A stretch of DNA of 64,000 bases, taken from Antechinus flavipes. Its lineage: Eukaryota. A program made the position numbers and the translations under genes. Where the stretch lies: contig NC_067398.1 in the NCBI RefSeq assembly GCF_016432865.1, positions 117,242,001 to 117,306,000 on the forward strand. The letters run 5' to 3'. The notes beneath the pieces are model-generated. The model searched no databases. It was not told the DNA's origin and saw nothing but the letters and a program-made list of their open reading frames with translations. Shown piece by piece: positions 11,301 through 28,189 of the stretch (its first letter is position 1; every line of letters starts with the position of its first letter).

Positions 11301-14300
11301 TGTTTCTGCTCTCACTGTAGCCCAAACTTTCCTATTCTATATCCCATTGGTGCTATTTCTCATTCCACTTTTGAAGCTGTTTCGTTATATTAGTCTTCAT
11401 CTCTTGTTCATAAGTTCCCTGTCAGGGTGTTTGTTTTTGTTTTTCTTGTCTTTTTTTTTTTTTTTTTTTTTTTAATTTCTCCTGTCTCTTAAATTTTGAA
11501 ATCTAGTTCCTCATAGCTGCCACTTGAATGTGTTAGAATTGGTCAGACTTTTCTGAAAGAGCAAATTCTGTTCCTCTGATAAAGAGGAAACCTCACAATT
11601 TTGGTATTGCTAGCCTATGAGCGCTTATTTTTTAAGCATTTAAGCATGTGGGTAATTAAACCATTACGAATTTGTTTGAGGAAATATATGTAGGGCAACT
11701 GTTTTTCTTTTCTCTACTGAAGTGGGGGGGGGGGAATGTCTTTTTTTTGGGTACATAAGCTAATGATACCTCTGCCAAGTAGCAGAACACTGCCACTCAT
11801 AGTTTCTGGATCTGGCTGCTTTTGTTACTTCTGATTTGAAGGGTTAAGGCATACCCAAGAGACTGGTAAGGGCTGGCCCAGGACCCTCTCTTAGCTGAAA
11901 GAATGGAGAAGAGAGATCTGGAGCCGTGACCAGGCAGATGTGTACCAATCACTTGTTTTCAAAGCTATTTCATTGTCAACCCATTCTGCCCTCAAAAACT
12001 CTGCCCCTTCTGTAAAAGGTGCGTCTCTAGAAAGGGGCAAGGGAGGGGGAGCATATGGAAATATGAATTAATTTTTCATCGTTATAGTAAAATAGAATTA
12101 GAATGTAGAATATGAGATTTGAGAGGGACTTTAAGGGGTCACCTAGTCCAGGGGTTCTTAACTTTTTTTGTGTCATGGACCCCTTTGCCAATCTGAACCC
12201 TGTCGGGGATTTGCCTTTTCAGAATGACACTTTTAAATACATAAAATAAAATAAGGATAGGATTATTAAATAAAGCTAATTACATTGAAATAGAAAACTT
12301 TTAAAAAACTATTTCATTTATGAGAAACATTGAAGCTCATTGAGAGAACAGACATAGATATCTATAGTCCAAAGCAAGTAACTGCAATTTAAAATCCAAG
12401 CCCTCGAATTCCTATTCCAGTATTGGATTTTTCCCCTCATCAAGTTATAAGCTTCCTATTTATTCTTATAACATGTCTAGTAGGGAGAGAAATGGGAAGG
12501 ATTTTTGTCTGAGAGGTATACATTATCATAACCATCAAAAGAGATAGATAAAGCAATTTTTTGGGGAAGATTTTAGAACTCTGATCAATGATAAACCTAA
12601 AGAAAGAAGATGAAGCATACCACTCACTTTCTGAACAGGTGATGAAATTGAAATGAAGAAAAAGAATACATTTTTGGATATGGCTAAAATAGAAATTTAT
12701 TTTTTTTGCCAGACTACATAGATATTAAGGGTATATGGTTTTTTTTGTTTTGTTTTGTTCTCTATTTAGGAAGAGGATTGGTTTCTGGAAGGACCAATTA
12801 ATAAATTACTGGTTACTTGGGGGGAAGAAGAGAGTATAAGATTTAAAGTTAGAAGGTATGGGTTTAAATCCTGTCTCTTTCTTAGCTATGTGACTGTGAC
12901 TAAGTCATGTTTTCTGAGTGTTTTTTTAATTTTCAAGATGATACCTGTAATGGTTGTTATAAGGAAAATGAATTAGAAAGCACTATATAAACATGAGCAT
13001 TAGCAGCTTCATCTGTAAATTGTGGGTAGGATTAGATTAGATAACTTCTCTGGAATCCCTTCTAGGTTTGGATTTATGAATCTTGAGTTATTATCATTTA
13101 AAGTTGAAAGTAGTTTATATTTTAAAAAATTAAGTGGCTAATACTATTGAATTGATAAATTGAAGCTCATAATTTCAGTAAAGATCCCATCCTCAACAAA
13201 CTTACACCACTGAGTGAATGAGACACATTAGAGAAAATCAAGATTTCACTATCTTAAAGAGAACAGTTGATATATTTTCACTTTCATATTGTCTTAGAAT
13301 AGAATTGACAGTGTTTATAGGTAGAAAACAATGAACTATAGTTTTTCTAGAAAGGCAGTAATAGGTATATATATATGATTCCTGGTTTGTAGATTGTGAG
13401 TTTGTTTATGGCCTCAAGGCCAAGTGGCTAAGTATTAATTTCAAATCTAGAAAGGCTAACTCATTTCATAAGTAGCCTGTGGCAACCTGAAGTGATGATG
13501 TTTTGGTCTCTGTTGAACCAAAAAAAGTATCAGAAAACCCCAACTTTCTTTCTCCAAAAGTCTCCTTTACTTTGTCTAAGATATTTAATTGCCTAGTGTG
13601 GTGGCAGCTCCTTCCATGGGCTCTGGAAGCACCTAGTTCTGGTAGCCTGCCCTCATGGGTTAGTTTTTATTTCTCCTCTGGTTCTTTTCTGCAGTATACT
13701 GCGCAGAGCTCTGGATAAGATTGCTGAGATCAAGACTTTGCTGGAAGAAAGGCGAATTGGTGAGTTTAGAGGAATCTTGCTCTGTGCAGTGGGGAGGAGA
13801 GGCACATTGGAAGGATGGGTTTGCTTGATCCTCTGCTTGTCCTTGAAAGGAGGGTTTCTGCGGTTTTTACCTTTGGAAGGTTGACTATAGTGCTTTTCTC
13901 AGATTTTTCTGGTGTTCATTCTGCCTCCTGTAAATTCTTCATATTTTGCTTACCATATTTTCTGGAGGCAACTAAAGATCTTGTCCCCATTTTGTGTGTT
14001 ATTGGTGTTAGGATAATGCTTACTAAAGCTTTTATTTGTGTCAGGGCTGCCCTTCTGACATTTTAAAAAACAAGTACTGTGAGATTTTAAAGCAGTGTTG
14101 AGCCAGTCCCCCAGTTTGTGTCCCCCTAAAGTGATGCTTCTTTAAAGGTTGTTTAAGATTTCTTCAAAGAACATTTTATTATTCAGTATACATAGATTTT
14201 GAGCATATTTGGGTAGATTCCACCCATATATTTTAAGCATTTTGTATTTAATTTAAATTTTTTAAAATTAAATCTTTATTTTCAAAACATATGCATGGAT

Positions 14301-17300
14301 ACTTTTTCAACATTGACCCTTGCAAAATCTTGTTATTCCAAATTGCCCCCTTTTCCCCCTGACTCCCTCCCCAGGATGGCAAATAATTTGTTAAATATGT
14401 ACAATTCTTCTATACATATTTCTACAATTATTGTGCTGCACAAGAAAAATCAGATCAAAAAGGAAAAAAATGAGAAAACAAAATACAAGCAAACAACAAA
14501 AAAGGATGAAAATGCTCTGTTGTGATACACAATCAGCTTCCACAGCCCTCTCTCTGGGTGTAGATGATTATCTTCATCACAAGATCTTGGAACTGGCCTT
14601 GAATCATCTCATTGTTGGAAAGAGCCTTAGTGATGCTTCTGATGGAGATTAGAAGAGATGTCTTGGTTGGATTTCCTATTGGTCTTTTTAACCTTCTGCA
14701 ATCACGGGGTTATATATTTAGTCAAAACTTCATATTGAGTTATTTCCAGCCTACTCATAGGTCCCTGAATCTTCTATTTAATGGTTTGAATTCCAATGGG
14801 CCAAGTATTTATTAAATACCTATTTTGTATGCCAGGCATTGTGCCATAGGATGGATACACAAGAAGCTTTAATTGGATTTCAGGGCATGGAAAGAGAAAA
14901 GGACAGTGTTTGGGAATCCTTCTCAGAGTTAGGGTTAGAATGCCAAAGAAATGTCCTCATCCTATTCTTATATATTTCCTCCATTGTGAGTATTGAAAGT
15001 CTTTGGGATTAGGGGCTAATGGTAAACTAGAGAAGAAATTGAACAAAAGCATAGTCATTGTCTGGTGGATAAAATATGGCAGAGGGGTGAGAAGGAAGAC
15101 TAAATTTTTTTGCCATGTAGTATGAGAAGGTTTCACTTCTTTTCTCCTCCACAGCGGCTAAAATTGCAGGATTATACAATGATTCAGAACCTCCACGGAA
15201 AACCATGCGCCGTGGAGTGTTGATGACCCTATTGCAACAGTCAGCCATGACATTGCCTCTGTGGATTGGGAAACCTGGAGACAAGTAAGTACGGGAGTCC
15301 TGGGGAAAGGAAATTGGGCAGGATTTGACTAGCCAAAGGTAGTTGAGGTCTTGGAAAATGTAGGAAATTGAGGGGGAAAGTGGAAGTCAGTGGTGGGTGC
15401 AGTTGTGTAACTTTCACTGGCTGATCCCAAAGGATTTGGGGCTTTGGGACAGGGGGGAAGTGAGGGAAGGACTGTTAACAAGGTTTTTCACCTCCTAGGC
15501 CTCCACCCCTGTGTGGGGCTATTCCGGCTTCAGGGGATTATGTAGCTAAACCAGGTGATAAGGTGGCTGCTCGAGTGAAAGCTGTGGATGGGGATGAGCA
15601 ATGGATTCTGGCTGAAGTGGTCAGCTACAGTCATGCTACCAACAAGTGAGTAACAATGTTTTANNNNNNNNNNNNNNNNNNNNNNNNNNNNNNNNNNNNN
15701 NNNNNNNNNNNNNNNNNNNNNNNNNNNNNNNNNNNNNNNNNNNNNNNNNNNNNNNNNNNNNNNNNNNNNNNNNNNNNNNNNNNNNNNNNNNNNNNNNGTG
15801 TCTTGAGGCCAGATTTGAACTTGGGTCCTTCTGACTTCAGGGCTATAATTTTTTTTTTTTTTCACTTTTCCTTTACTTTCTTGGGTTTCTCTTATTAAGG
15901 CTCTTCAACTCAGAAAATGTATCTGCCTTATTACTTTCATGGTCATCCTAAGTTTCTGGAAAATCACTAAGTCAGATATTTATTCTTTAATTTTTTTTCC
16001 CTCTGTAGATATGAGGTGGATGACATTGATGAGGAAGGCAAAGAGTAAGTACCTTTCTAAAGGGATGATTACAGAGGAGTCAGGAGCAGGGTCGGGTTGT
16101 GGGATCAAGGCAGAAAGCAATTTGTGGGCTCTAGAAAAATGAGAGTAAAGAAAATGCTTCCTGAGAAATAGTTATGTATTTTCAGGGCAGAGGGTCATAC
16201 TTAGTCTTTTCCCCTACCAGGAGACACACCTTGAGCCGAAGACGTATCATCCCACTACCACAATGGAAGGCCAATCCTGAGACAGACCCTGAAGCTTTAT
16301 TCCAGAAGGATCAGCTTGTGCTGGCATTGTACCCCCAAACCACCTGCTTTTACCGGGCTTTGATTCACACTCCTCCACAACGGGTAAGGAATGGTGACTT
16401 GGGAGAACTTTTCAATAGTTAATATAAGAGATTAGGTTTACCCAGTTGGTTCCTAAGATTAGGATTTCTGAAAGGGTAGAAGAATGGGGGAAGAACCTTC
16501 ATGTGGGTGGTGGTCTTTATTTTGCCTTGTCTGATTATTATAAAGTTCTTATATTAAGCCCAAATATGTGTTCTTGAAATTCATATCAGTTGTAGTTCTG
16601 CTTGCTCGAACTATGTGGAACAGGTGTACTTTCAACCAAGATATTGGGCTTTTAAGATATTTGAAGACCGTCTTTGTTTCTCCTTCCTTACCCCCACCTC
16701 TCCTTAGTCTTTTCTTCATTTTAACATCCCTAACTCCTTGAATCCTTACTCGCATTATGAGCTTTTAAGGCCCCTTTCCATCATGGTTATACTCCACTGG
16801 ACATTTAGCTGAGTGAAGTTAAAATTCTCAGACCTGAACAGACTGCTTTAGATGTGAGCTGACTTATACGTAATGGGAAACCATTTCTCATTCCTGCTCC
16901 CATTACATACTTTTCCTTCCATTACTTTCCATTTCACCTTAAGACAAAGCAAAACGAAACTGTAGCAGGAGAGAGGCAACCAGGATTTACCACATGTCAT
17001 ATGTTGCTAAAATCTGGGGGATACAAAAAAAGGTAAAATCCTTCCTGTTTTTAAGCAGCATATGTTCCTGGCAAGATAAAGATTAGATATTAGGAGCGTT
17101 TTGTTTATGGGGAAGTGTGAAATGATTTAAAAAAAAAAAAAAAGGCAACTCTGTTTTCTATGAAAGTTTTTTCAAGATGTGCTAGCTTTGCATATACTTA
17201 AGTTTGGGCAACAGGGTTTAGTTACTGTCAGCTTTAGGCTTTCTGATTCTTAACTTAGTTTCTTTGTCTCTAGCCCCAGGAAGACTACTCTGTCCTGTTT

Positions 17301-17390
17301 GAAGATACTTCCTATGCAGATGGTTATTCTCCTCCCCTCAATGTGGCCCAGAGGTATGTTGTGGCCTGCAAGGAACCTAAGAAGAAGTGA
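8365..17390 (+). CDS. SGF29: SAGA complex associated factor 29 (tandem Tudor H3K4me2/3 reader), 9 coding exons, 293 aa
   Basis: Exons 8365-8439, 10881-10956, 11058-11130, 13695-13759, 15155-15284, 15499-15645, 16009-16044, 16221-16383, 17274-17390 sum to 882 nt. All introns are GT-AG with consistent phases. Translation runs MALVSADSRIAELLTELHQLIKQTQEERSRSEH...LALYPQTTCFY...VLFEDTSYADGYSPPLNVAQRYVVACKEPKKK*, near-identical to human SGF29/CCDC101. Confidence 0.98.
9150..9823 (-). mobile_element. 5'-truncated L1 3' end, antisense in SGF29 intron 2
   Basis: Poly-T start, L1 3' UTR sequence, 18-bp TSD TTTGCATTCTTTACTTTC at 9132-9149 and 9824-9841. Confidence 0.9.
10226..10754 (-). mobile_element. 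Second 5'-truncated L1 3' end of the same subfamily in SGF29 intron 2
   Basis: Closely similar to 9150-9823; 14-bp TSD TGCAGGAATTTTTA at 10212-10225 and 10755-10768. Confidence 0.9.
14250..14630 (-). mobile_element. L1 3' fragment
   Basis: Shares L1 3'-end motifs (TTGACCCTTGCAAAA, GAACTGGCCTTGAATCA) with copies at 29.9, 48.3, 51.8 and 57.9 kb. Confidence 0.75.
15664..15797. other. Assembly gap (N run) in the SGF29 intron after coding exon 6
   Basis: 134 Ns; sequence resumes inside an antisense SINE. No SGF29 coding sequence is missing. Confidence 0.99.
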
Positions 17391-17495
17391 GGTTCGGTTT
17401 GACTGAATCACGGACTTTTTACCTTGCCTCTGTTCACCTGACTCTTCGGCCATGCCCCTTGAAGAGGGGAATTAATGTATCCTTCTCTGCAGACT

Positions 17496-17501
17496 AATAA
17501 A
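17496..17501 (+). terminator. SGF29 polyadenylation signal AATAAA
   Basis: AATAAA about 105 nt after the stop codon, followed by GT/T-rich sequence. Confidence 0.7.
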
Positions 17502-17639
17502 TATACAGCCCTGTCCCCTACATCATGTGTTTCCAGGGCCTGATTTCCTTTGACTTTAGTCCCCTCCCCAAGTGAACTGGGAGTCTAGGTGCTGTGTGTA
17601 CTATCCTTTGATTCTTTTTCTTTTCTCAATACTATTTTC

Positions 17640-18330
17640 TCTTCCAGATACACATAAAGATAGTTTTCAACATTTGTTTTTGTAAGACTTTTGTTTTTGA
17701 AATTTCTCTAAAACAGCAATCTGATATAGGTTAAATGTATGCAATCCTTTTAAACAAATTTCCGTATTTATCATGTTGTACAAGAAAAATCAGACCAAAA
17801 GGGGAAAAAACCATGAGGAAGAAAAACAAAAAAAGTCTATTACTGTGCTTAGAGCCATAGTTCTATACCTCTCCTAATTCTTGCATGCTCTCGATGCAGT
17901 TGGCAATTCCAATAGATTTGGGATGGAAAATGCTTTCAACTGCTGCATTGTAGAGAAGAGCCAAGTTCATCACAGTTGATTATCACAATCTTGTTATTGT
18001 TTTCAATATATGTTTTGATTCTGCCTGCTTCACTCAGCATTAGTTCATGTCTTTTCAGGCTTTTCTGAAATCAGTCTGCTTATTTCTTACAGAACAATAG
18101 TTTATTACATTCATGTACCATAATTTATCTAGCCATTCCCCAGCTGATGGGCATCCTCTCAATTTCCAGCTCCCTGTCACCACAAAGAGCTGCTGCATGT
18201 GAGTTTCTTCCCTTTTTTATGATCTCTTGGAGATGCAGAGCCAGGCCTAAGCCCAATAGTGGAACTGCTAGATTAAAGGGTGTATGGGCACAGTTTGATA
18301 GCTCTTTGGGTGCCAAATCGTTCTTCAGAA
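17640..18330 (-). mobile_element. L1 3' fragment between the convergent SGF29 and SULT1A 3' ends
   Basis: L1 ORF2 C-terminal remnant (ORF 18125-18316) and 3' UTR motifs. Confidence 0.75.
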
Positions 18331-18556
18331 GGATTTATTTTTTGATTGTTATTATTTTAATGGGGAAAATGTTTTTTACTGAGTCTTTGTTTATAATAGC
18401 TAAGCATATAATAAAGCTTTTATAACAGTCAGTTTTTTTTTTTTTCTACTAGAATATAAGGGAGCTAATTTTGCATGCTAAAAAATCTATTAGGCTAGAA
18501 AAACTGGGAGCTGATAACAGAAGTATGGGTTGATGACCCTCTCTTCCTGTTGCCAT

Positions 18557-21450
<2,894 letters not shown>

Positions 21451-22249
21451 TTATCTCTGTCCCCTGAAGCCTCCTTTCCATGGGCTTATTACTTTTCTAT
21501 GCTACTTTCCTTGCCCCATCTGCCTTTTTTCACTGAGGATATTTCTCTGTCATAATTATGTGGGAGAATGGACTTTAGTAATCTCCAGTTCAACCCATTC
21601 GTCAAAGGAATCCCTGAATATCCTACAAATAGTGACTGAATCTCCATTTTTAAAACTTGTAGGAGGAGGGGGGATAGCTTCTGCTCCCCAAGCATGTATT
21701 CTGCTTCTGTAAAGCTCCTATTGTTTAGGCATTTTCCTGCATTAAGCCTGAAATTTGCCTTTGAAGTTCTACCTTGCAGGATCCTGGATCTGCCAACTGG
21801 GACCAAGTAGAGCAATTCTAATCTGTGAACATCCCTTCTGATGTTTAAAAATAACCCATTGTGTCCCGAGTCAGTCAGCATTTACTAAGCACCTGCTATA
21901 CTTGCAATTGGGCATACAAAAAGAAGCACAAGGTAGTCCCTACCCTCAAGGAAGCTTATATTATATAGTTTAACAGGGGACAATGAAGTTAGGCAGCCCA
22001 GTGGATAGAGTGCTAGGCCTGGACTCAGTTCAAATCTGGCCTCGGACACGGTGATTCTGGGCAGATCCCAATTCCGTTTGCCTCTGTTTTCTCACCTGTA
22101 AAATGAGCTGGAGAAAAAAAAGAATCTTTAACAGAAAACAACAAATGGAAAAAAAAAATAAAGAACGTTTCCTCCCACACCCTTCCATAGGGTCACAGTC
22201 AGAAGTGACTTGAAAGGACTGAACAGGGAAGTCAGTAGACGAAGTAAAG

Positions 22250-24380
22250 GAAAGGCGGCATTTCAGGGAGTGGGGATAACCAAAGAAATGTGTGTAAGAC
22301 GTCTGTGGAACAGCCAGAGGCTGTGGATCAAAGAGTGTGTCAGTAGAGTGGCTGGGAAGGAAGGAGGGGGCTTTGAATGCCAAGCAGAGTATTTGGTTTC
22401 TGATCTTGGGAGCAATAGAAAGCCACTGGAGGTTCATGGGGTGACTGGCCAGATGTCTGTTTTAGAACTTTAGTGCATGAGTGGTGGAGACTGTTGCAGG
22501 GCTAGTGCCTGAAGTCTTAAGGATCTGTGTGCACTAGTGCTGGGAGGGCAGAAGAGGGCATTTTCCAGAAATGTTGCAAAGGCGAAATCCACAGATCTTG
22601 GCAGTACGTTGGATGTGATGTGATAGATAAAGATTCCAAGATGATTCCTAGATTATGAGCCAAAGATGATTTTGCCCACTGTGGTAATAGGGAAGGGCCA
22701 TGGAAAAAGAGCTTTGGGAGAAAAACTATGAGTTGAAGTTTGGACATGTTTACGATATCTATAGGCTATCTCGTGTGAGTTGCAGAGAGATTGCAGCTAG
22801 AAAGGGAGATTCTTCTATATAGAAAAACTGAGGCGGTCACCAAGTGAAATAGAGAGGGAAGGGAAGAAGGCTCAAGACAGAGCCCTGAGTGACACTTTTT
22901 GTTAGAAGGTGTTGGGAGGAGGAGGAGGATGCAGCAAAATCTTCTGTTATCTGGGTTAAATATTTCCAACCCCTTCAATCCACACGTTAAGGCATGGACT
23001 TGAAAGTCCCACTTAGGACAACCATCTCTGGTTTTTTTCTCCTCTTGGGCGATTTTCAGCTTACCAGCTTCCTTACACTGTGGCAAGAGAAACTGAAATC
23101 GGTCTATACGAGGCTGAATACATCAAGACTCTTATTCCTGGAAGCAATGCTTCTCAGTGAAGGCTAAAATTGAATTAGCTCTTTTGACTGCATCACAGTA
23201 GGGAATCATTGAGTTAAAATCCCTGAACCTTTTCAGAAACTACTGTCTAACCATGCTTCTCATATTTTCTGTTTGTGAAGTTGATTTCTCGAATTCAAGT
23301 GTAAGACTTTACATTTATCCCTATTCATCTTAATAGATTCTATTCTGTCCTTTAGCCATCCCCACTCTCGCTAATCTTCAATCTTTCATGTTTCCCTGCT
23401 GCCTCCAAACATGAACATATTTCCCCTATCCTTTAACAATCCTCCCTTGATCCACTCCTCCACATCTTTATCAGGTCATGCACACTAATTGTGGGCATTT
23501 CCCAAAGCCCTGTTCGCATTATTCTTTATACTCTCACTTAGTGATCTCGCCAGCTCCCATATGTTTGTTCGATTACCACCAATGTTCAAATGTTTCTCTA
23601 TAGAGACTTAGTCTTTCTCCTGAGCTCCAGTCATGCATTTACCCAACTGCCTCTGGGCATCTGCCTTATAGATACCTCAAACTCAACATGTGCAAAACAG
23701 AACTCATTCCCCCCCCCCCAAATCTTCCCTTTTCCCCAACTTTCCTATGACTTCTGAGGTCACCACCATCAACCCAGCTCCAACCTCTGGGTGGCCTGTT
23801 TTTATACTTGCCCCACATAGCCAATCTGTTGCCAAGTGCTTTAGTTTTGACCCTTAAATTTCTTTTTATGTCTCTGCATAGCCATTAGCCTCTAGCAGTG
23901 TCGTCTTCACCTCATATTAATTCCATTGTTTTACTTTTAAGTAATTATGTCTGACTCCTTCCTACCTTTCCAGTTTTTGACTTTCTCTTTCCCTCCCTGC
24001 CCCCCACACCTCTCTGCCAACTTTACACTTTTAACAACTCTGGCCTTTTTGCTGTTCCTGGAAGATGTGCTTGGCCTCCATGCCTTTTCAGCAGCTGTCT
24101 TCAGACCTGGAAAAGTCTCCCTGTTGACTTCTGGCTCCTGCCTTTACTTCAAGACCCACTTGGCTCAAATCCTAATTTCTACAGGAGGAGACCTTTCCAA
24201 CGCTCTACCACTGTTAGTACTTTCCCTTTGAGGTGACCCTACATCTACACTGTGTAGACCTTGTGTACATATAATTTTTTTTGCCTCTTTGAAGGCAGGT
24301 ATGGATTTCTGCTTTCCTTATATGTCCAGGATATATTTAGTACAGTACCTGGCACATAGTAAGTGCTTAATAAATACTTG
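22250..24380. mobile_element. Degraded L2 fragments, mixed orientation, with a short CR1 piece
   Basis: L2-like motifs (CTCAAACTCAACATGTGCAAAACAGAACTCAT; tail TAGTACAGTACCTGGCACATAGTAAGTGCTTAATAAATACTTG). Confidence 0.6.
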
Positions 24381-24539
24381 TGGAGTCACTGACTGGCTTC
24401 TGATGCTGGTATCTAGTATTTTAACCGTCCCTTCCATTTTGGGGTCATTTGTAAATTTGATGGAATGCTCTATCTATACACTTATGTGTCATTTATAAAA
24501 AACATTGAATGTTAAAAGCCAAGTTGACTTTGATTCATT

Positions 24540-25510
24540 AATAATTATTCATTAGTCTACTCATTCAGCTAATTCTCAACTGAGCCAATTGTATTATGTC
24601 ATCCCACATTTGTCTGTGTTGTACATGAGAACAGGATGAAATATTCTGTCAAATGCATTGCTAGAATCTAGGTAAATTATATCTGTAGCAGTCCCATGAT
24701 CATCTAGTTCAGGAATCTTTTGGAAAAAAAGGAAAAAAAGACTTTTTTTGACTTGACCTATTTTTGATAATGTCATTCTAACTTTAGTCTTTATTAGACT
24801 TTCTTAGTTCTTTAGTAAGGCTTTCTAGAATGTTCTCAAGAATTGAAATGCTATGCTCTAAGGTTTTCAGGCTGTGTTCTTTTTCTTTAAAAGTAGGGAC
24901 ATGTGCCCCCCCCCCTTTTTTTTTTAGCCCTCCATCGATCTATTTCTTCTCCCAGTATAGCTTAAAAAAACAAAGCCTATCAGTTATTTTTTTGTTGTTA
25001 ATCTTAGCTTCATCCCTTAATGGCCTCAACTTTAGCAGTCTGGTTTTTAGAAGACGCTATTTTTACAAGATTGTGTCAGATTCTTACATTCATTCCTGTT
25101 AACAGTGCAGTCTTTTCAGATAACTAGTATTCTTTCCATTTGTATTTCCAAATTTTCATTTTTGAGAATTTCTTATGCCTTTTGGGCAGAGTATATTTAT
25201 CTTTCCTCCAGACCCTCTAAAACCTGCTTTCTGAATGATGTCAGACCATGTCTCGCTTTCCTCCCTTTATCACAGATCTTGAAAGGGAGGGCCAAGTTTA
25301 TCTTTAAGGTGTTCATCATTTCCTACCAATAACCAGATCTGTTTTTGTGAGAATCCTTCAGAGAAACCAGGATAGTTTGTCTCCCTTCTTTTGGAGGATG
25401 AAGGTAAGTCAGAAAGTTTCCGACTCCAGCAGATATCTGGACAGTTAATAGTCTCCCATGACTGCCTAACATGCCTCAGTGCCAGGCTTTGGCATCTGTT
25501 TTCCATATTT
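24540..25510 (-). mobile_element. CR1/L3 LINE reverse transcriptase remnant
   Basis: Translation includes DIIYLDSSNAFDRIFH, matching the CR1 motif D.IYLDFSKAFD.V.H. Confidence 0.75.
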
Positions 25511-26837
25511 CCCCTCCATGTCCAATGGGTCTCTCAACTATATATACGCCAATGACAAAATCACTTTTGTTTCTCCATTTGTTGATCTTCATCCTGATGT
25601 TCTCCATCATCCACTCCCCTTCTGATTCCTGGATTTCCTCATATGATATAACTAACCCATATATGATGCTTTAAAATTTGCACACGCTTATTTCATTCAA
25701 ATAACTCGTTTGATCATCACAACTCCTCTATGAAATGGTGCTTTTTTAATCCCCATTTTACAAATGAGGAAACCAAAGCTGGGAGAGAAGAACTTGCTGA
25801 GGATTGCATAGCATTGTGTCAGAATCAGAATTAAAGTTCAGATCTTCCTAACTCTAGTGATTTAATCACCATGCCAGTGATTAAAATCCCACCACAGACA
25901 CACCAATACTTCTACTGAATAAGGTGTACCATCCAGAACCACATTCCTGTCACAGATTCCATCCCAAGTCTGTGATACCTGTGAAGTCTAATTTGTCGGA
26001 GGGAGGATCTTTAGTTCATCCTGATGCTTTAGCTTTGTCTCCTGTAAATTTCTGGGTGTCTCGAATGTTGTTCTTGTTTCACTTTCATTCTCGGTGGTAT
26101 CTGTGATCAATCCCCTCATTTCTAGAGCCTTTCTTCCCATTCTCAGTCCCTCCTAAGACTCCTCCAGCCTTGCCTTTGCTGTAGTTGTTTTTGGATTTGT
26201 TCCTGGATATGCTTAATTCCATTAAATCCCACTCCGTCTCTATCCAGATGTCGACTGAAATCAGCTCAAACTAGAGTTCATTTTCTAGTGTGAGCATTTG
26301 CAGCTTAGAAATTGGCAAACTGAAATCAAGGCTTGGATGGAGAAAATGTTAATAACCGCATACTAAACTTTACAATGTGACATGCTATATTTCCCACCCC
26401 TTAAGAGCCAGTTGCTAGATGTTTACAACCTCCTCTCAGGGTCAACCCATTGAATTAAGCAACATCCTTTCTGGTTCAAAGTTTAGTGTTACTGTACTCA
26501 ATCCAAGGCTGAGTCAGCAACATAGCAAAAGAAAACAGCAAAATGGAGTAAGTAATAAACTTGGGAGTTGGTGGGAAAGGAACACGAGAAATAACCCCGA
26601 GGTTAGCAGATCCAAAGGCAGGAGCAGGTTGTGGAAAGAGCAGAAGGCAGGGAGAATGTATACGGTAGGGAAGAGAAACCTGGAAAGTGCTGAAGGGTGT
26701 GATAGGGAAGGAAGAGAAGGGGAGTAGATTCCTATATTGAAAGTGATTGTTAGGATCCAGAGCCCGTCCCAAAGGAAGAGAGACTGATCCCTCCCTCCCT
26801 ATCTATCTCCCTTCTAAGTTCTGCATTCTCTACTAAC

Positions 26838-26945
26838 CTGAGTTTCCAGAATCTTGAGATGTTTGCTAAGTGATCAATGTCTTGGAGAGAAGACTGAGGG
26901 ATTCTGCCCCGGAGAGTTTTATGGATTTAGTATGGGCGGGATAGA
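26838..26945 (-). promoter_or_regulatory. Candidate SULT1A core promoter and non-coding first exon
   Basis: On the minus strand: GC box (26934-26940), CATAAAA TATA-like box (26917-26923), then about 55 nt ending in a CAG|GTTAGT donor (exon end 26838). The next SULT1A acceptor is at 21415, one base before the ATG, so an upstream non-coding exon is expected. Confidence 0.4.
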
Positions 26946-28189
26946 AATAACTAAAGGGGCTGGTACTTGGATTTAGTTGAAAGAAAAAAAGGAAGGAAGG
27001 GAGGGAGGGGCAAGAGGAAGGTGGAGATATGGCCCACGTAATTTTATGACTTAAGTGGATAGAACCTAAAAGGCACTAAACTGGGAGAGTGAGGACTGAA
27101 GGGGAATGGCAGGATGCCAGGATTCTGAATTCCTGACGAATCAACAACTTTAAAAATTCGTGCTGCTATTGTCAAATTGTCATTTGAGGTTAATGAAAGC
27201 ATCTCAAATTCCTTTGCACAAATTCTTTCCACGCTGCTTCTCTTCCGAGTATTATCTACTTTAGAGCTGGGCTTGCAGTCTAGATCTAAGCCCAGATTAT
27301 TTCTCACTACAGTGCTTGTTCTAAGGGACCAGGAGGAAGACTTTGAACCTTTCTGAGCCTTTTTAGCTGGGGAAAAAAAAATGGGGATAGTAATTATATT
27401 ATCTAACTTACGATGTTTTGAGGACTATGCACGATGAACTTCTGAAATTTAAGAAACCTTTCTTGATTTCCATAGTCAGAAGTGATTTTTTACCCCCCCT
27501 CTCCAGCCTTGCAAAATAGCACTCTATCTGATGGATTTTGTTTGGGTCTTGTACCCAATTACAAGCTCTAGGAGAACAATGAACAAGTCTTAACTTCATA
27601 ATAATAATAGCAAGTCAGTTTTTACAAAGTGTTTTATATCCATTTTCATCTTATCTGAGATAGGCATGATAGTCTTTTGAACCTGGACTTATGGGATAGG
27701 GATAGAAACCAGATTTTTTATTTTGTTTGTATAGGGTATTTCCCTTACCTAGCATGACATTCTTTTGTTTTAAATTCCATTTTATGTTGTTCTGAATTTT
27801 CTCCCTCTTATGTTCTCCTCCCTCACCCATTGAAAAGTCAAAAAAAAAAATTAAACCTACTACAGATAATGTATCATTAAACAAAAAACAAATTTCCACA
27901 TTATTCATGCCCAAAAGAAAAAAAAACATAGCATGAAATTCTCATATAATATTGCTTAGAAATATCAAACTGACTAGACTTAAAAGATACAGAGGACTAC
28001 TGAATATTAGAGCTGGAAGGTAGCACAGAGTCTTAGATTAATCGTTTTTCAGATGAAGAAACTGAAGCCCAAAGATGGGAAGTACATTGTCCATTGTCAA
28101 GGTATTGGACAGTAGAGGAGAAATACATTTAAAAAGCTGGTCCTTGTGAATTGGGAGTCACTGAAGATATTTGTATTTTATTTATTTAA

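Noticed and set aside
27044-27307. 87-aa minus-strand ORF between SULT1A and SLX1
   Set aside because: No recognisable homology and no convincing splice context
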